DNA of 64,000 nt from Candidatus Omnitrophota bacterium. GTDB lineage: Bacteria; Omnitrophota; Gorgyraeia; 2-01-FULL-45-10. Location of the stretch: positions 139,429-203,428 of the forward strand of contig JAPLME010000012.1 in assembly GCA_026387175.1 (NCBI GenBank), written 5' to 3'. Under the pieces are notes generated by a model, which ran no database searches, was not told the origin of the DNA, and was given only the letters and a program-made list of their open reading frames with translations. A program made the translations under genes and the position numbers. The stretch's first letter is position 1. Every line of letters starts with the position of its first letter. Of the stretch, positions 19,072 to 31,200 are shown in pieces.

Positions 19072-21195
19072 ATGGAAAGATTAAAGAAGATAGTTGCGAT
19101 TCTAATTATCATATGTTTCGGCTTAAATAATGTTTCTTATGCCTTTGAGATCAATGCATTTAAGCTGGCCGTGCCAAGCAGTTTTTCTAACTTTAAGGAC
19201 CAGGGATTCAAAGAAGCCGCGCAAATACAGATCGGTATGCGCATGGCTTTAAAAGACCTGGCATCACTTGACCTATCTTCTTTAAATGCACTAGGAAAGC
19301 GACAATTTGCTGAAAAAACTATTTTTACCCGAAAAATATCAGGCACCATGTATTTTGATGAGGCCCAAGCATGTAAGCCTAACGATCAAAAGCTTTATGC
19401 TGAATCAGGCAGCTATCTGGTTAAGGCACAAACAGCAAGCGGCATAACATATTACTGTTTTATCTCAAACAAGAGAAATGAGAAAGGTTATGATGTCTCG
19501 GTCGTGCCTGAAAAAGTGCTTGCCGAAGCGCTGCGAAATGATTATGCGGCGAAGGGCACTAAAAAGAAAAGCATGTTTAGGGGAGGCATATCTATAGTTA
19601 TTGCAGGCGCCCTGATGATAGGCGCCTATTCTTACTTCCATGGAGAATCAAATAAAGATGCGCTATCAGAAGTAATGAACGCTATAAATGAATGGCATAA
19701 ATACGAATACGCTGCTCCCGCTACTTACCAGGATAATCTGGTCAAAATAGCGCGCGAAAAAATAATAGAAAGATTGGTAAGTGCATTAGGTGAATATCGG
19801 CACAATAAGAGATTTGGCGATTATTTTGAGGACGACTCGGGGCTTCAGGAAGATAAGGAAACATTCGACTGCACTGTCCCCGAAATCGCGGCTAATGCTT
19901 TTGGCGAAATAGGTAAGCCAGCCGTTCCGAAACTCATAAAAGCACTAAATGAAAAGGTAGTGAAAAAATCAGATTTCAAGCGCCGTGAATATGTAGCAAA
20001 AGCATTAGGTATGACGGGTGATGCAGAAGTGGTAGAGCCGTTAATTCAAACCTTAAAACAATTGGCAGATAGCGGTTGTGGGGCCAGCGATTACAAGCAC
20101 AATAAGTCCGTATTTGACGGTTTAGTTAGAGTAGGTAAACCGGCCGTCCCGGCGCTTATAGAAGTTCTAAATGATAATACAAGGGATCCCAAAAAAACCT
20201 TAGAGACTCACCGCGGTCCGCTTTGCAGCTATGAATGCTTCAACCGTGCTAAATTTGCCGCCGAAGCGTTAGGTGTTATAGGCGATGGAAGAGCCGTAGA
20301 GCCTTTAATTCAAGCTCTAAAACGGTTATCAAACGTATACTGGGTGGATACGATTTCCGCAAATCATAACATAGTAATTGCTTTAGGAAGGTTAGGAGAT
20401 AAGCGGGCAATCGAGCCGCTCATGGTACACATGAAGAATAACGAATGGAACCCTAGCCGCGTTAAAATCGTAAAAAAGGCTATCGAAAGAATCGAAAAGA
20501 GGCAGGGGGGCACATCGGCTCCGGAGACGTCGTCTCAAGGGCTGGCAATGGCTGGTTCAGTGGTGTTAGGTTTAGTAGGGAAGCCTAGGGAAAAGTATGC
20601 AAAACCGGCAAACGAAGACATCCGTCTTATAGCATCGCGAATAAAAGAAGCGGGCATAGAAGTATTTATTCCTAAATCTCAATTCCTGGGTGACACGATA
20701 GCTAAATATAGGGGCGTTGTGGAATCTATAGGAGGCAAGCTTAGGGTATACCAGAATATCGAAGCCTTGCAAGGCATGGTGGAGTATCCCGCTAAGTCAA
20801 TAATAATGACCGCCGGTATTTCAGAAGGCGACATGGCATTGTTGCAAAGTTTAAAAGCAAGCATGGGGCAGCTTAGATTCATGAATTTTGCAAAGATGGA
20901 GGATTTAAGTACGATGTCAGTAGAAGAGGTTGATAATTATCAGGCTGATATTTTAAGCATTCTCCTTATAGCAAGAATAATTACGCCCGAAGATTTTCAA
21001 GATAAGGGCAGTCCCACCTATCGGATGCTTGCGCATCTATTGGAAGACTACATGCCTGAAGGCGTAGCAGTGGAAAATTATATACAGGATATAGTTACAA
21101 ATGCGGCTAGACTGGTTAAGACGATATTGAAGGCCTTACCAGTAGCAGCATACAAAGTTATGAGGCAATCTGTTGAAGTTCTCTGGGCAGCGTAA
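19072..21195 (+). CDS. Secreted/membrane HEAT-repeat (PBS-lyase-type) protein, 707 aa.
   Basis: N-terminal hydrophobic leader MERLKKIVAILIIICFGLNNVSYAFE. Repeated A.ALG.IGD..AVEPLIQALK motifs (19900-20420), typical of HEAT_2/PBS lyase repeats. Ends ...VLWAA. Confidence 0.7.
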   Translation: MERLKKIVAILIIICFGLNNVSYAFEINAFKLAVPSSFSNFKDQGFKEAAQIQIGMRMALKDLASLDLSSLNALGKRQFAEKTIFTRKISGTMYFDEAQACKPNDQKLYAESGSYLVKAQTASGITYYCFISNKRNEKGYDVSVVPEKVLAEALRNDYAAKGTKKKSMFRGGISIVIAGALMIGAYSYFHGESNKDALSEVMNAINEWHKYEYAAPATYQDNLVKIAREKIIERLVSALGEYRHNKRFGDYFEDDSGLQEDKETFDCTVPEIAANAFGEIGKPAVPKLIKALNEKVVKKSDFKRREYVAKALGMTGDAEVVEPLIQTLKQLADSGCGASDYKHNKSVFDGLVRVGKPAVPALIEVLNDNTRDPKKTLETHRGPLCSYECFNRAKFAAEALGVIGDGRAVEPLIQALKRLSNVYWVDTISANHNIVIALGRLGDKRAIEPLMVHMKNNEWNPSRVKIVKKAIERIEKRQGGTSAPETSSQGLAMAGSVVLGLVGKPREKYAKPANEDIRLIASRIKEAGIEVFIPKSQFLGDTIAKYRGVVESIGGKLRVYQNIEALQGMVEYPAKSIIMTAGISEGDMALLQSLKASMGQLRFMNFAKMEDLSTMSVEEVDNYQADILSILLIARIITPEDFQDKGSPTYRMLAHLLEDYMPEGVAVENYIQDIVTNAARLVKTILKALPVAAYKVMRQSVEVLWAA

Positions 21196-21210
21196 AGAAA
21201 GGATCCGATT

Positions 21211-24200
21211 ATGAATACAATAAAGAACCACAGATTTTTTAAAATAATATGTTTTGCTCTAGTCATTACGTTTATCTCACTCGACATATCATATGCTTAT
21301 CCCGCTGAACACACAGCGCAGAATTCCACACTTGCTACCCCATCGGTATTTCAAACGCAGCCTATTACTACACATGCTGAAGCATTTCAAAGGTCGATGC
21401 TTGCGGACGGCAATCTTTTAGGTACAGTTTGCAGTATAGGTAAGTTTCTATTGGAAGACGGCATCAAACTTCGTCATCTTGCCAGAGTATTAGGCGAGGA
21501 ACTGGGAGACGCCGCTAAGTATGTAGACCTGTCGCGAGTAAGCGTGACGATTATGTATGATGGCAGACTGGTAAAACTCGATCCATCATTATCGGTAGAT
21601 ACCCCCCAGAGCGCTGTCGTATTAATTCCATATAATAAAGACGGGAAGAATGGGATAATCGAGATTGCGTTAAAGAACAATCCGTTTATCGATAAGTTAG
21701 CCGGATATCAGTGGGTTGTGTCGGATAAGTACGTTATTAAGGACCTGCCTGCCGATTATAAAGAGCCTGCATTACGGCCCGCACCAGAAGTTAAAACGGA
21801 AGCGCCTGTTCAACCGACTATAAGCGGGCCTATAGCGCGGGTCGAGGCTCCGACTACTGAAGCAGAAAAGTCCAAAGGTATTCTGACGAGGGTATTCAGT
21901 ATAAGGGCAATTACGACGTTTACATTAGCCATTATTCTGCTATTTACACAGACTGCGCTTGCCGCATCAGGTGACAGCACAAACCTCTTTTCTTCCAGCA
22001 ACATGTTTCGACTAGTCACAGGAATAGCGGTCCTCATAACCGTTTACCATTTTGCTAAGAAACGGCTTATGTTGGCAAAGGCGCAAGCTATAATAAATGA
22101 AATTGGCACATTGGTATCCATGCGGACGGAATTTTCGAAAGTTTATGTTGTTGATAATCCAGGCCAGGCGCTATTTTCTATTGGGACCAAAAGCGGAGAA
22201 ATGCCGGATATGTGGAATTCCGCACTATTTATCAACGCATCCATAATAAGACAGATGAGATTTATATGGCTTTGGGATAATCATAACGATTTGATTAGGC
22301 AGATAATGTCGGTAGATTTATATCAGAGAGCTGTGTCTGTAAATGAGAGTGAAAGCATAGATAGTAGTTTAAAAACACAAGGATATGCGGGCAGAGACGA
22401 TCCAAATGCAAAAAACGCCTACTTTTCCGAAATAAATAAAAGAGCATATTCAAAAGTGGGCCCAAGAGGAGTTGCGTTGGAGGCTTGGTTTTACCAAATT
22501 TATTCAGATCCTTTATATGCCATAAAGCATGCAAACAGGGATTGGATTGCAAGCGAAGTTGGAATATATTTAGCCAAAAGATATTTATGGATGAACAATA
22601 GGCAGATCAAAGAAGTTATTAAAGAGATATTTAAAATAAACGAATATTTTTTCAATCCGAAAAAATCAAAAAGCATAACGTTTAAATCTATCAATCCATT
22701 CGCCGCCATATTCGGCATTGCAGCATTAAACTCGACATTCTCTGTAGTAAAAGATTTCATCTTCGCGATAACCAAAGATAATGTGATAGACGCCGCGATG
22801 ATAGGCACGACGCTTGTGCTATCCATCTCTGTGTGGCGGTCAGATTTTCCTGTCAGCTGGCATTTGTTCTGGGCGAGATTCACCAAAATTAGTAACGCGC
22901 ATATAAATGCGTTAATTAAAATGGACAGGATGGCTGTCCCCGATCTTATAAAAAATGTATTAGGGTCTAAAAATCGCGGTACCCGTTGGCTTGCACTGTA
23001 CATCCTTGGCGAGATCGGTCCTGTAACGCCTGAAGTTATACCCGCCTTTGTAAAAGCATTAGGAGATAGTGATAGCGGCATTCGCGCTCTTGCCGCAGAC
23101 TTAATTATTGAAGCAGACGATATCCGTCTTTCATTCATGCGCGATTATCTAAAGATGGTTAGATACGCGAAAGATGAAGGCGATAGATATTATGAAGTTC
23201 TAAACCGGGAAGAGATAAACTATATTGTCGAATGCCTTAATAATAACATGGCTATAAAAGGCCAATATATCTCCCATGTTCTCAGCAATGGTTCGTTGGC
23301 GAAATTGATTATAAATATGAACGCGCCGGTAGTTCCTACTGCGAAAGGGACAGAGCAAAAGTTGGGTGCAGCCGAACTAAAATCCAAATGGTCTGAAAAA
23401 ATGAAGAGCGCGGACGAGATAGGGATAAAAGTTAACATAGGCCAGCTTGACGAAATAACTGCCACTAAAAAAGAAATTAACGGAATAGAATATTTTGAAT
23501 CGAATACACATAATATGAAAGTTAGCGGTGATAATCGGTGGCATAGAGAAGATGCTGTAGTATGTTCTTTCGATGCAGCAGAATTTAATTTCACAAAACT
23601 ATATGAAGATGTAAAACCGCGGCATTTAATAGACGAAATTAAATTGGAGAATGATGATTGGTATATCGGTATGGATTACATGCCGATATTGAAATATCAT
23701 ATGATCATCGCCCCGAAGCAGGCGCGCCAACAGCTGGCGACGCCGAAAGACATGGCCGATATGCAGCAGTTTTTGGCGCAAATGGGAGATGAAAAGGCCA
23801 CGCTTCTGCATAATAGCTTATTGGCCGGAGCGGGCATAAATAGCTTACATTATCATTTATTCTTTTATGATTTTCCGATTTTTAAAGAAGGATTCCCGAT
23901 TTATAGAGGGACAGAGAAATTTAACACAAAAACATTTACAGGAAAAAATTGCGCCCAAGAAGCAGGGGCATATTTAGAGGAGTTACAAGGCGCTAATCAG
24001 CCGTATAATTTGGTAATGAGATATGAAAAGATCATTATTATACCGCGCCCTCGCGATATAGAATTTGGATATGGAGCCGATGCGTTAGCAGGCGTTGTTT
24101 TCTATGGCAATGATCGATCGCTGGAAGCGGCAACCTGGTATAAGCCGGAACTGATGCAGGTTTCTAATGCCGCCCAGCTATTCGAAATAGTAGAATCCTC

Positions 24201-25068
24201 TCTGAACAGTAGAATGGCGCAGTTTATTAAGGCCGGGAATAACCTTATTAATTTGGCCAACACAAGAATGGCCTTGGAAGGCCGTCCCAGTATCGGTAAT
24301 CTCGATCAAAGAATGACTACGGCCGGAATAATACAGAAGGTTGAGTGGGCTATTGAAAGTTTGGATAAGGAAGGCATTGCGCCGGAAATTAAATCCGCCG
24401 TCGAATCACTGAAGAAAAATCTCACCCAATTCGAAGCAGATAGCACGGTCGGGTCACTGATCGTTCTAGCCAGAAGAGCAAAAAGAGAGGATCAGAAGCT
24501 TATAATAGGCCTTGAGACAGACTGGATACCCGGCATGAACATAAAGGACAGTTGTCAAAAACAGGCAATATTCGCGCTTATGAAAGAGATAGACTCTATA
24601 GGTGATGCGTTAAAGTCCATGAGACTCGATAACGTAGAGATCATCCGCGGGAGCGGCAAAGAGCTGGCCGACACATTGCTGGATAAGGCAGGGAAGACGC
24701 GCACCAATCTGCATAACGTAGTAGTCATGGCCTCCAGCGACACTATAAACTCCGAGAACTTCGCTAAATTAAGGAACGTTGACGATAACGACAGGCCGTT
24801 CTTAGCCGGTATTGACCCTAAAGATCTCATTAAGTTTTACTCCGAATATGGCGAAAGCACCAGCAATCAGCTCTATGTGAAACTGACGCAACTGCTTTAT
24901 ATGACGCTTGAACTTGCGTCGGGGAAAGAACCTATGTATACGCCAATAATCGATTCTTATGACAGGAAGATGAGAATTGTTATATTCATGCCAAGAGCAG
25001 AGGCAAAAGATTATGAGGCGCTTAAGAACACTTATGCAGCTGAAAAGACTGCATTAATGGCAGCCTAA
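21211..25068 (+). CDS. Large secreted multidomain protein (1285 aa). Its N-terminal leader domain and C-terminal 210-aa domain are homologous to those of the 3733-aa protein. It also has internal TM segments and HEAT repeats.
   Basis: RBS aaagga 8 nt upstream. N-terminus ...SLDISYAYPAEH... is ~55% identical to 7661-8000. C-terminus 24418-25068 is ~75% aa / ~80% nt identical to 18215-18862. HEAT-like VPDLIKNVLGS...IGPVTPEVIPAFVKALGDSDSGIRALAA (22925-23110). Confidence 0.8.
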   Translation: MNTIKNHRFFKIICFALVITFISLDISYAYPAEHTAQNSTLATPSVFQTQPITTHAEAFQRSMLADGNLLGTVCSIGKFLLEDGIKLRHLARVLGEELGDAAKYVDLSRVSVTIMYDGRLVKLDPSLSVDTPQSAVVLIPYNKDGKNGIIEIALKNNPFIDKLAGYQWVVSDKYVIKDLPADYKEPALRPAPEVKTEAPVQPTISGPIARVEAPTTEAEKSKGILTRVFSIRAITTFTLAIILLFTQTALAASGDSTNLFSSSNMFRLVTGIAVLITVYHFAKKRLMLAKAQAIINEIGTLVSMRTEFSKVYVVDNPGQALFSIGTKSGEMPDMWNSALFINASIIRQMRFIWLWDNHNDLIRQIMSVDLYQRAVSVNESESIDSSLKTQGYAGRDDPNAKNAYFSEINKRAYSKVGPRGVALEAWFYQIYSDPLYAIKHANRDWIASEVGIYLAKRYLWMNNRQIKEVIKEIFKINEYFFNPKKSKSITFKSINPFAAIFGIAALNSTFSVVKDFIFAITKDNVIDAAMIGTTLVLSISVWRSDFPVSWHLFWARFTKISNAHINALIKMDRMAVPDLIKNVLGSKNRGTRWLALYILGEIGPVTPEVIPAFVKALGDSDSGIRALAADLIIEADDIRLSFMRDYLKMVRYAKDEGDRYYEVLNREEINYIVECLNNNMAIKGQYISHVLSNGSLAKLIINMNAPVVPTAKGTEQKLGAAELKSKWSEKMKSADEIGIKVNIGQLDEITATKKEINGIEYFESNTHNMKVSGDNRWHREDAVVCSFDAAEFNFTKLYEDVKPRHLIDEIKLENDDWYIGMDYMPILKYHMIIAPKQARQQLATPKDMADMQQFLAQMGDEKATLLHNSLLAGAGINSLHYHLFFYDFPIFKEGFPIYRGTEKFNTKTFTGKNCAQEAGAYLEELQGANQPYNLVMRYEKIIIIPRPRDIEFGYGADALAGVVFYGNDRSLEAATWYKPELMQVSNAAQLFEIVESSLNSRMAQFIKAGNNLINLANTRMALEGRPSIGNLDQRMTTAGIIQKVEWAIESLDKEGIAPEIKSAVESLKKNLTQFEADSTVGSLIVLARRAKREDQKLIIGLETDWIPGMNIKDSCQKQAIFALMKEIDSIGDALKSMRLDNVEIIRGSGKELADTLLDKAGKTRTNLHNVVVMASSDTINSENFAKLRNVDDNDRPFLAGIDPKDLIKFYSEYGESTSNQLYVKLTQLLYMTLELASGKEPMYTPIIDSYDRKMRIVIFMPRAEAKDYEALKNTYAAEKTALMAA

Positions 25069-25098
25069 TTAAGATATAAAAAAGTTAGTATAGAGCTA

Positions 25099-25127
25099 TT
25101 GACTTGTGTGTCTACATATGATATTAT
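25099..25127 (+). promoter_or_regulatory. Sigma70-like promoter for the 25201 giant gene.
   Basis: TTGACT (25099-25104), 17 nt spacer, then TATTAT (25122-25127), in an AT-rich intergenic region about 75 nt upstream of the start. Confidence 0.5.
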
Positions 25128-25200
25128 TATGCATAGTCTATTAGAAAGCCAGTTAAAAATTGAATACAAAATCACATAACATTATAACGGAGGATGGGAT

Positions 25201-28200
25201 ATGAGATTCTGGAAGAAGACAATTTCGATTTTATTGATCCACGCATTTTTGTTATCGAGCCTGCCGGCGGGAGCATTGCAGCCGGCTTTCGCCGCTGCGC
25301 TCGATAATACCCCAACTGCAACTAAAGAAATAACCACCAATCCGGAAAATATAATAATATCCAGAGATTACGGCATTGTAAAATCCAAATTCACAGGCAA
25401 GAGCGATAAACTCATAATCCACATCCAGGACGCTCACTGTAACTATGAAGCCCAGTCCAATATAGCGAAAATTATAGAAAGTCTCGTTAAGAATGACTCC
25501 TTAAGTTTCGTATCCGTCGAAGGAGCCGACGGCCTTATAGACACCTCATGGTTTAAGGCATTCCCGGACGCCGAAGTGAGAAAGGAAGTCGCCAATTATT
25601 TCATGAAGAAGGGCGAGATCACCGGGCCAGAATTTCTTTCGATCACTACAGACTACCCGATAAAGCTTTTTGGCGCGGAGACGCGTGAATATTATATCCA
25701 GAACCTCAATGCTTTCACCGCTAGTTATCCTTCAAAAGAAGAGACTGAGAAATATCTAAACGGCATAAAAGCTGTCCTGAATAAGCTCCAGAGCTTTATC
25801 TACAATGACGATTTAAAGGCCATGGATGCCAAGTCACGGGAACATGAATCTAAGAAGATCCAATTCAATGAATATGTGCGTTTCCTGCAGTCTGAGGCCG
25901 AGAAGCATAAGATCAATTTAAGGCAGTATGAAAATCTTTTTAAACTGATCAATGTCCTTACATATGAGAAGAAGATAGATTTCAGCGTGACTGATAAAGA
26001 GAGAAGCGCCGTTATAGATGAATTTAGCAAAGTTCTGCCAAAAGACATTCTGACGGAGCTTGTCAATAAATCGATATCTTTCAAAGTCGGCAAGATAGCT
26101 TCATCGGAATATTATGAATATCTAAGAAACCTCGCCGCGAAGAACGGTATAGAGCTTTTGAAGAATTATCCCAACCTCAGCAACTACATAATATATAACT
26201 CAGTATATTCGAAGATCGACAATGAGAAACTCTTCAATGATATAAAGGAAGTCGAGAGCGTGATAAAGGAGAAATTATTCGAAAATGAAGACCAGAGGAC
26301 CCTCGAGAAACTCTCACGTCACATAGACACTCTCCTCGGCCTCATTAATATAAAACTTCTTAACGGAGAATTTGACTACTATAAGACACATAAGGAAGAG
26401 TTTACGCCTGAAAGCTTTACGGATTTCATGAAGGCTAAGTCTATACAATTCGGCTTGGCTTATGAGACGGAACCTCCAGCCGCCACGGTCGCGGACAGCA
26501 TAACGAAGCTTGAGGATTTCTACGCTATTGCCATAAAGCGCGATAAGGCGCTTGTGGATAACACTCTGGAAGGGATGAAGAAGGCCGACCAGAAGATAGC
26601 TGTCCTCGTTACAGGCGGATTCCATTCCGAAGGCATGGCTAAGCTTCTGGAGAAACAGGGCATCTCTTACGTGGTCGTTTGCCCGAACATAACAAAGGAT
26701 GTTCCCACTCCATATATTCAGATTCTTACCAATCAACGAACCTCTTTTGAAGATATACTGTCTACTCCGCAAGAGCCTGTGAAACAGAACATGCTTGCGC
26801 CTGCGCTCCTATCGTGGACGATGGGATTGAAGCCGGAGGAATTCAATAGGCTATTTAAAAACTTTGCCGGCCTGAAAGATAGGGTGGGGGATGTTCAAGA
26901 TGCGTGGGTAAAAGAACACTTATTGCTATGGCTTCACAAGGCACTTCAGTATATGGGCCAGCATCGTATGGCACATGATAAGAATGTGCTGAAAGATGCT
27001 TATAGGATGGCTATTGAGCGTACGGCTCAGGCTGCAGGGCGTAGTATTGCGGAAGCAAAGGATACGGCAGAAGCTATTATCTCTTCCGAGGTATTTATCG
27101 CGGCATTCGACGCGGCATATTCTACTCTGACTGTGCCTGCTGTAGTAGACATAGCGCATAAGGCTGCCGGTTCCGATACGTCTGAGGAAGGAGAGGATAT
27201 CCCTGAGGACGAGAATATTCGGGAAAAGACCCATGGCGCCACCCTTACTAATGCGGTAATTAACCGTTCCATGGAGGCCCCCGGGACGCAATTTCTGACG
27301 ATATTTGACGCCAATAATCCTTCAGCTATGTTAAATGCACAAAAGATCAATACCAAATTTGCCGACATAGTTTATGATCTCGAGTCCGTTATTAAGGGGC
27401 TCGAGGATTCCGATATCAAGAATATAGTGCGCACTATCGAAGAGATAGGGTTCAATACCACCGAATTTGAAAAAGCTTTCACTAAAGAAAACCTTTTGGG
27501 AGTCCTAAAGTCTGGATCGGGATTTAAAATAAATCTTGTCCAGCCCAAAGAGGAGATAACGGGCTTGAAAGTTCCGGGAATAGCTATGCTACGAATGGGC
27601 TCGAACTATGGGCATTACAGTGTGAATAATAATTCCATCTACTGCGCGTGGGGTGCGGTCAATGCGTTACTCGAAGAAAATACCGGGCTGTCACGGCGTC
27701 TGATAGTGGCGCTTGCTCTGCATGAGCTTACGGAATACGCGGTTCTAAAGAAGATGTTTCCCGGAAAATCTGTAGCCGATGACGTTAATAGCGCTGAACG
27801 GATAGTGCACGAAGCCGCTCAACGTCTTGAAAAACTCGTCGTCGGCCTTGGCAGTACGGACAAAGTAAGTAAACTTGATGATAAACTTGCCCAGATCACA
27901 ACCGAATATTATAATGAATTTTCCCAGAGGCTCCTTGATATAGTGGTTAAGAATGCTAAATTGAACTCTGCAGACAAAGGGTACCTGTGGAGTATGTGGA
28001 AACAGCATATCGTGCGTTATACTTCATCCGGCGGCAGGAAGCAACTAAGGATCATAACGGATCGAAAATTGCTTGATAGCCCGAAATTCGATCCGCTTGT
28101 AGATGGCAACTTCCTGCTTGCGTCGATGCTTTCTGACAAAGAGAGAGAGACGATCCTGGGCGCTTTCGAATATTCAGATCTTAAAAATGACGAAGCGAAC

Positions 28201-31200
28201 GCCGAAGCGGCAAGACAGGTGGTTGTAACCGCTAACTCAATGGACGGCGGCCTCGGTGAAAGTACTGGACGCATGAAGTTCCTTCAAATGATGGCTGTGG
28301 AAAACGGTCTGTCTCCGAAGGTAGAAATGGGTGCGAAAGGGACGGACTTTGGATATTTTATGACTTATAAAGGCCATAAAGTGTTTGTAAGTATAGCAGA
28401 GGCGAAGCTTCTACAGTTATATCTGGCCGCTACGGCAACAGATATTGCCGGTAATAAAAAATTCGGCGGCATAAATTTCCAGCCGCTTGTGAATAAGGAC
28501 TCAAAAAAATCGTATAAAAACCTATTAAATAAGGTTTGTATATTTGACAGTCTTGACCCTAATGTGGAGCTTAAGCGGAGCTACAAGGATCTGCTTGAGG
28601 CCGCCGGGGTGAAAGTGTTCGATGATATGCTCGAGCAGGCCGATCTTCCCTGGATAGACATGGCGACTCATAATATAACATTGGGCTTAGATGAAGAGAG
28701 GCGCCAACCGGGCGGACACGGCCAGTGGGGTTTTTACTTTCTGTACGACGCCTATTCCTCGAAACCTCCCGATGACGGGAAGACGCATGTCAGGGTTTTT
28801 TATAATGGAGATAACCTCAATAGCAGGATCAATGAAAATATTGCCGGGGCCATGGTGAGAAATAGGTGGCCGATCGTGAAACTGACGACTATAGCGACCG
28901 GAATAGATAAGAAGGGCGGCAAGGACGGCGTCAGAATAAAGAAGGTAGGAGACAAGACTGTCTACATACCTGACCAAATGGAAGAGGCGGAGGCCAAAAG
29001 AGCCGGCCAGCTCGAAGAGTTCTATGGTGCCGGACTGGAAGGTGGCCTCGGGGAAAATAATAAACAGCCTTTCAATACTAATATGTTCTACATGAACATT
29101 ACATTGATTCATAGCGTAATGCGGGAACTGATGGAACAGGGATTGATCTCGGAAGAAAAATTCTATGACATCATCTCGCCTATATTGATACCTAGGGAGA
29201 AAGAGGATCCGGTGACTAAAGCTAAAGGTGCGTATGCCCCTATTGATGGAGCGATAGGCGTCGCTATGCACCATTTTAATGAATTTTTCCTGTTGAATAC
29301 CGATCCAAAGGTAAAAGCAGTGCTTGATAAATACGGAATCAAAAGGATGCTCTATTTTGTTAATGTTCCGCGGACGGAGTTCTTTACACCGGTAAAAAAA
29401 TGCTATGATATGTGGCTTCAGGCCTATAGCGACTATTATACTAAGATCGATACCGGAAGCTGGTCGCTGAAAGATTCCGAAGGAGCTGTAACGCCACCTG
29501 GCTTTGTTCTTATAGAACCACCGTTTGAGGAAAAAGATACGAAGAGTTATTGGAATGAAATGCAGAATGTTATCGATTCGTTCGGGCATGCCAGCACCAT
29601 ACAATTGAAATCATTAACCATCGTAGGTAAAATAATTGCGAAAGACGCCAAATTCATCGGCACCGTAGTTATAGAAAACAAAAATTCTCAGATTGTAGAT
29701 CTAAATCAACTGAGGGCTACTAATCCAGAGCTTGAAGCGCTCTATAGTGGGGACAAAGCTATCCTTAAAGATGTGCGAATCGTTATAAATAAGGATCTTT
29801 CGGTGACCGTAGAACCCATTAGCAAAGATGCCCGAATCACTGTAAATGAAGATTTCTCAGTGACCATCGAACCCAGCAGCACGAATGGGGACGTCGGCGC
29901 GATACGCGGTAACGGCGAAGGTGTCTCGGCGGAAGAACATGGCACGAGGACTCTCGGAAATGCTAATTATGACAGAGTCAAGGCCGCCCAGGAATATAGC
30001 CTGAACGGAATAATTGCGCGAAGATTTGATTCCGATAATGGAAACGGCAGCGTTGTTTACACCCTTTCTACCGAAAGAGATTATCGTCCATTCATGGGGG
30101 ATAAGAAAGTAGCAGGAATAAATATCGCTGATTTTAATAAAGACGGCGAACAGGCCAAACTTGAGCTGATCAAGAGGAGCCTCGTCGGAGAAAATATCAC
30201 ATTTTATATTATCAAAGGCTTAAAGGATAAGCTATTACAAAGCGGCATAGTTCCGGATCTGATGTTCCATCCGGGCGTGACGAGACGCGCCATATATATG
30301 GATGAAGGCGATTTCAGGTATCTGCTCTCTTTGGAAAACGGCGTCGATATCATAGCAGAGGCTGTGAAGCACGAAAAGGCTCACATGAAAGATTCTTCAG
30401 CAACAGAAGCAGCGGTTGAGAAAATAGCCCCGATCTATAACGTGAGGTTGGCGTTTACTTTAAGGGATGTGGCCCAGAATAGGGCTAAGATGGAGATTGA
30501 AAACAGACAATTCGAAGTCGGTAAGGAGTATGAACCGGGCAAAGTTTATCAGAAGCCTCTTCCAAAGTTCGCGAAGTTTGGGACGAGCGGCGTCAGGTGG
30601 CTGACATGGGATATATTTGAACAATTCAGACAGGCCGCGGAAAAAGTTAAAGCAGGCAAGGCTGATATCACCGCGCAAGACAGAGAGTTTGCAAGGAAGT
30701 ACGATGTCCTTGTGTCGAACGGTTACACGCAGGCGGACTTTACTATGCCTAACATCGGACTCGTAACGAAATCGATAGCTCTTTACAATTTAAAGAAAGC
30801 TCAAGGATTGTATGAGACCGTTTCCGGGACGACCGATGATTTCAGGAAGAAACTCGAGGAGAAGGGCTTGCTCCTATTCTACGATAACCGCCCGGGGAAT
30901 TTTGAATATGTAAAAGAGATGGCGCGGATACTTGTCTCATACGGTATAAAGGTAACATTAAATAAATTCGAAAATAAATTTACTCCGGTACTCATAGCAT
31001 CCATGAGCTTACTCATAAAGAGAGAAGGGTATGCGGGCGGATTATATTTAACAGCCAGCCATAACGGCGATGAGTGGAACGGTATTAAATTTAACGCGGA
31101 AGACGGCGCGCCGTCAATGCCTAAAGTTACTGACGCTATAGGCGCGATACTTGCGGAGGAGATCGGCCGCGAAAAGCCGGGATACGATAGAGCCAAAAAA

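Noticed and set aside
23820-24060. A HIT/GalT-like nucleotidyltransferase motif (LHYHLFF...IIIPRPRD) in the 1285-aa protein.
   Set aside because: Only two of the three histidines of a HIT triad are present, and there is no further support. It is too weak to call.
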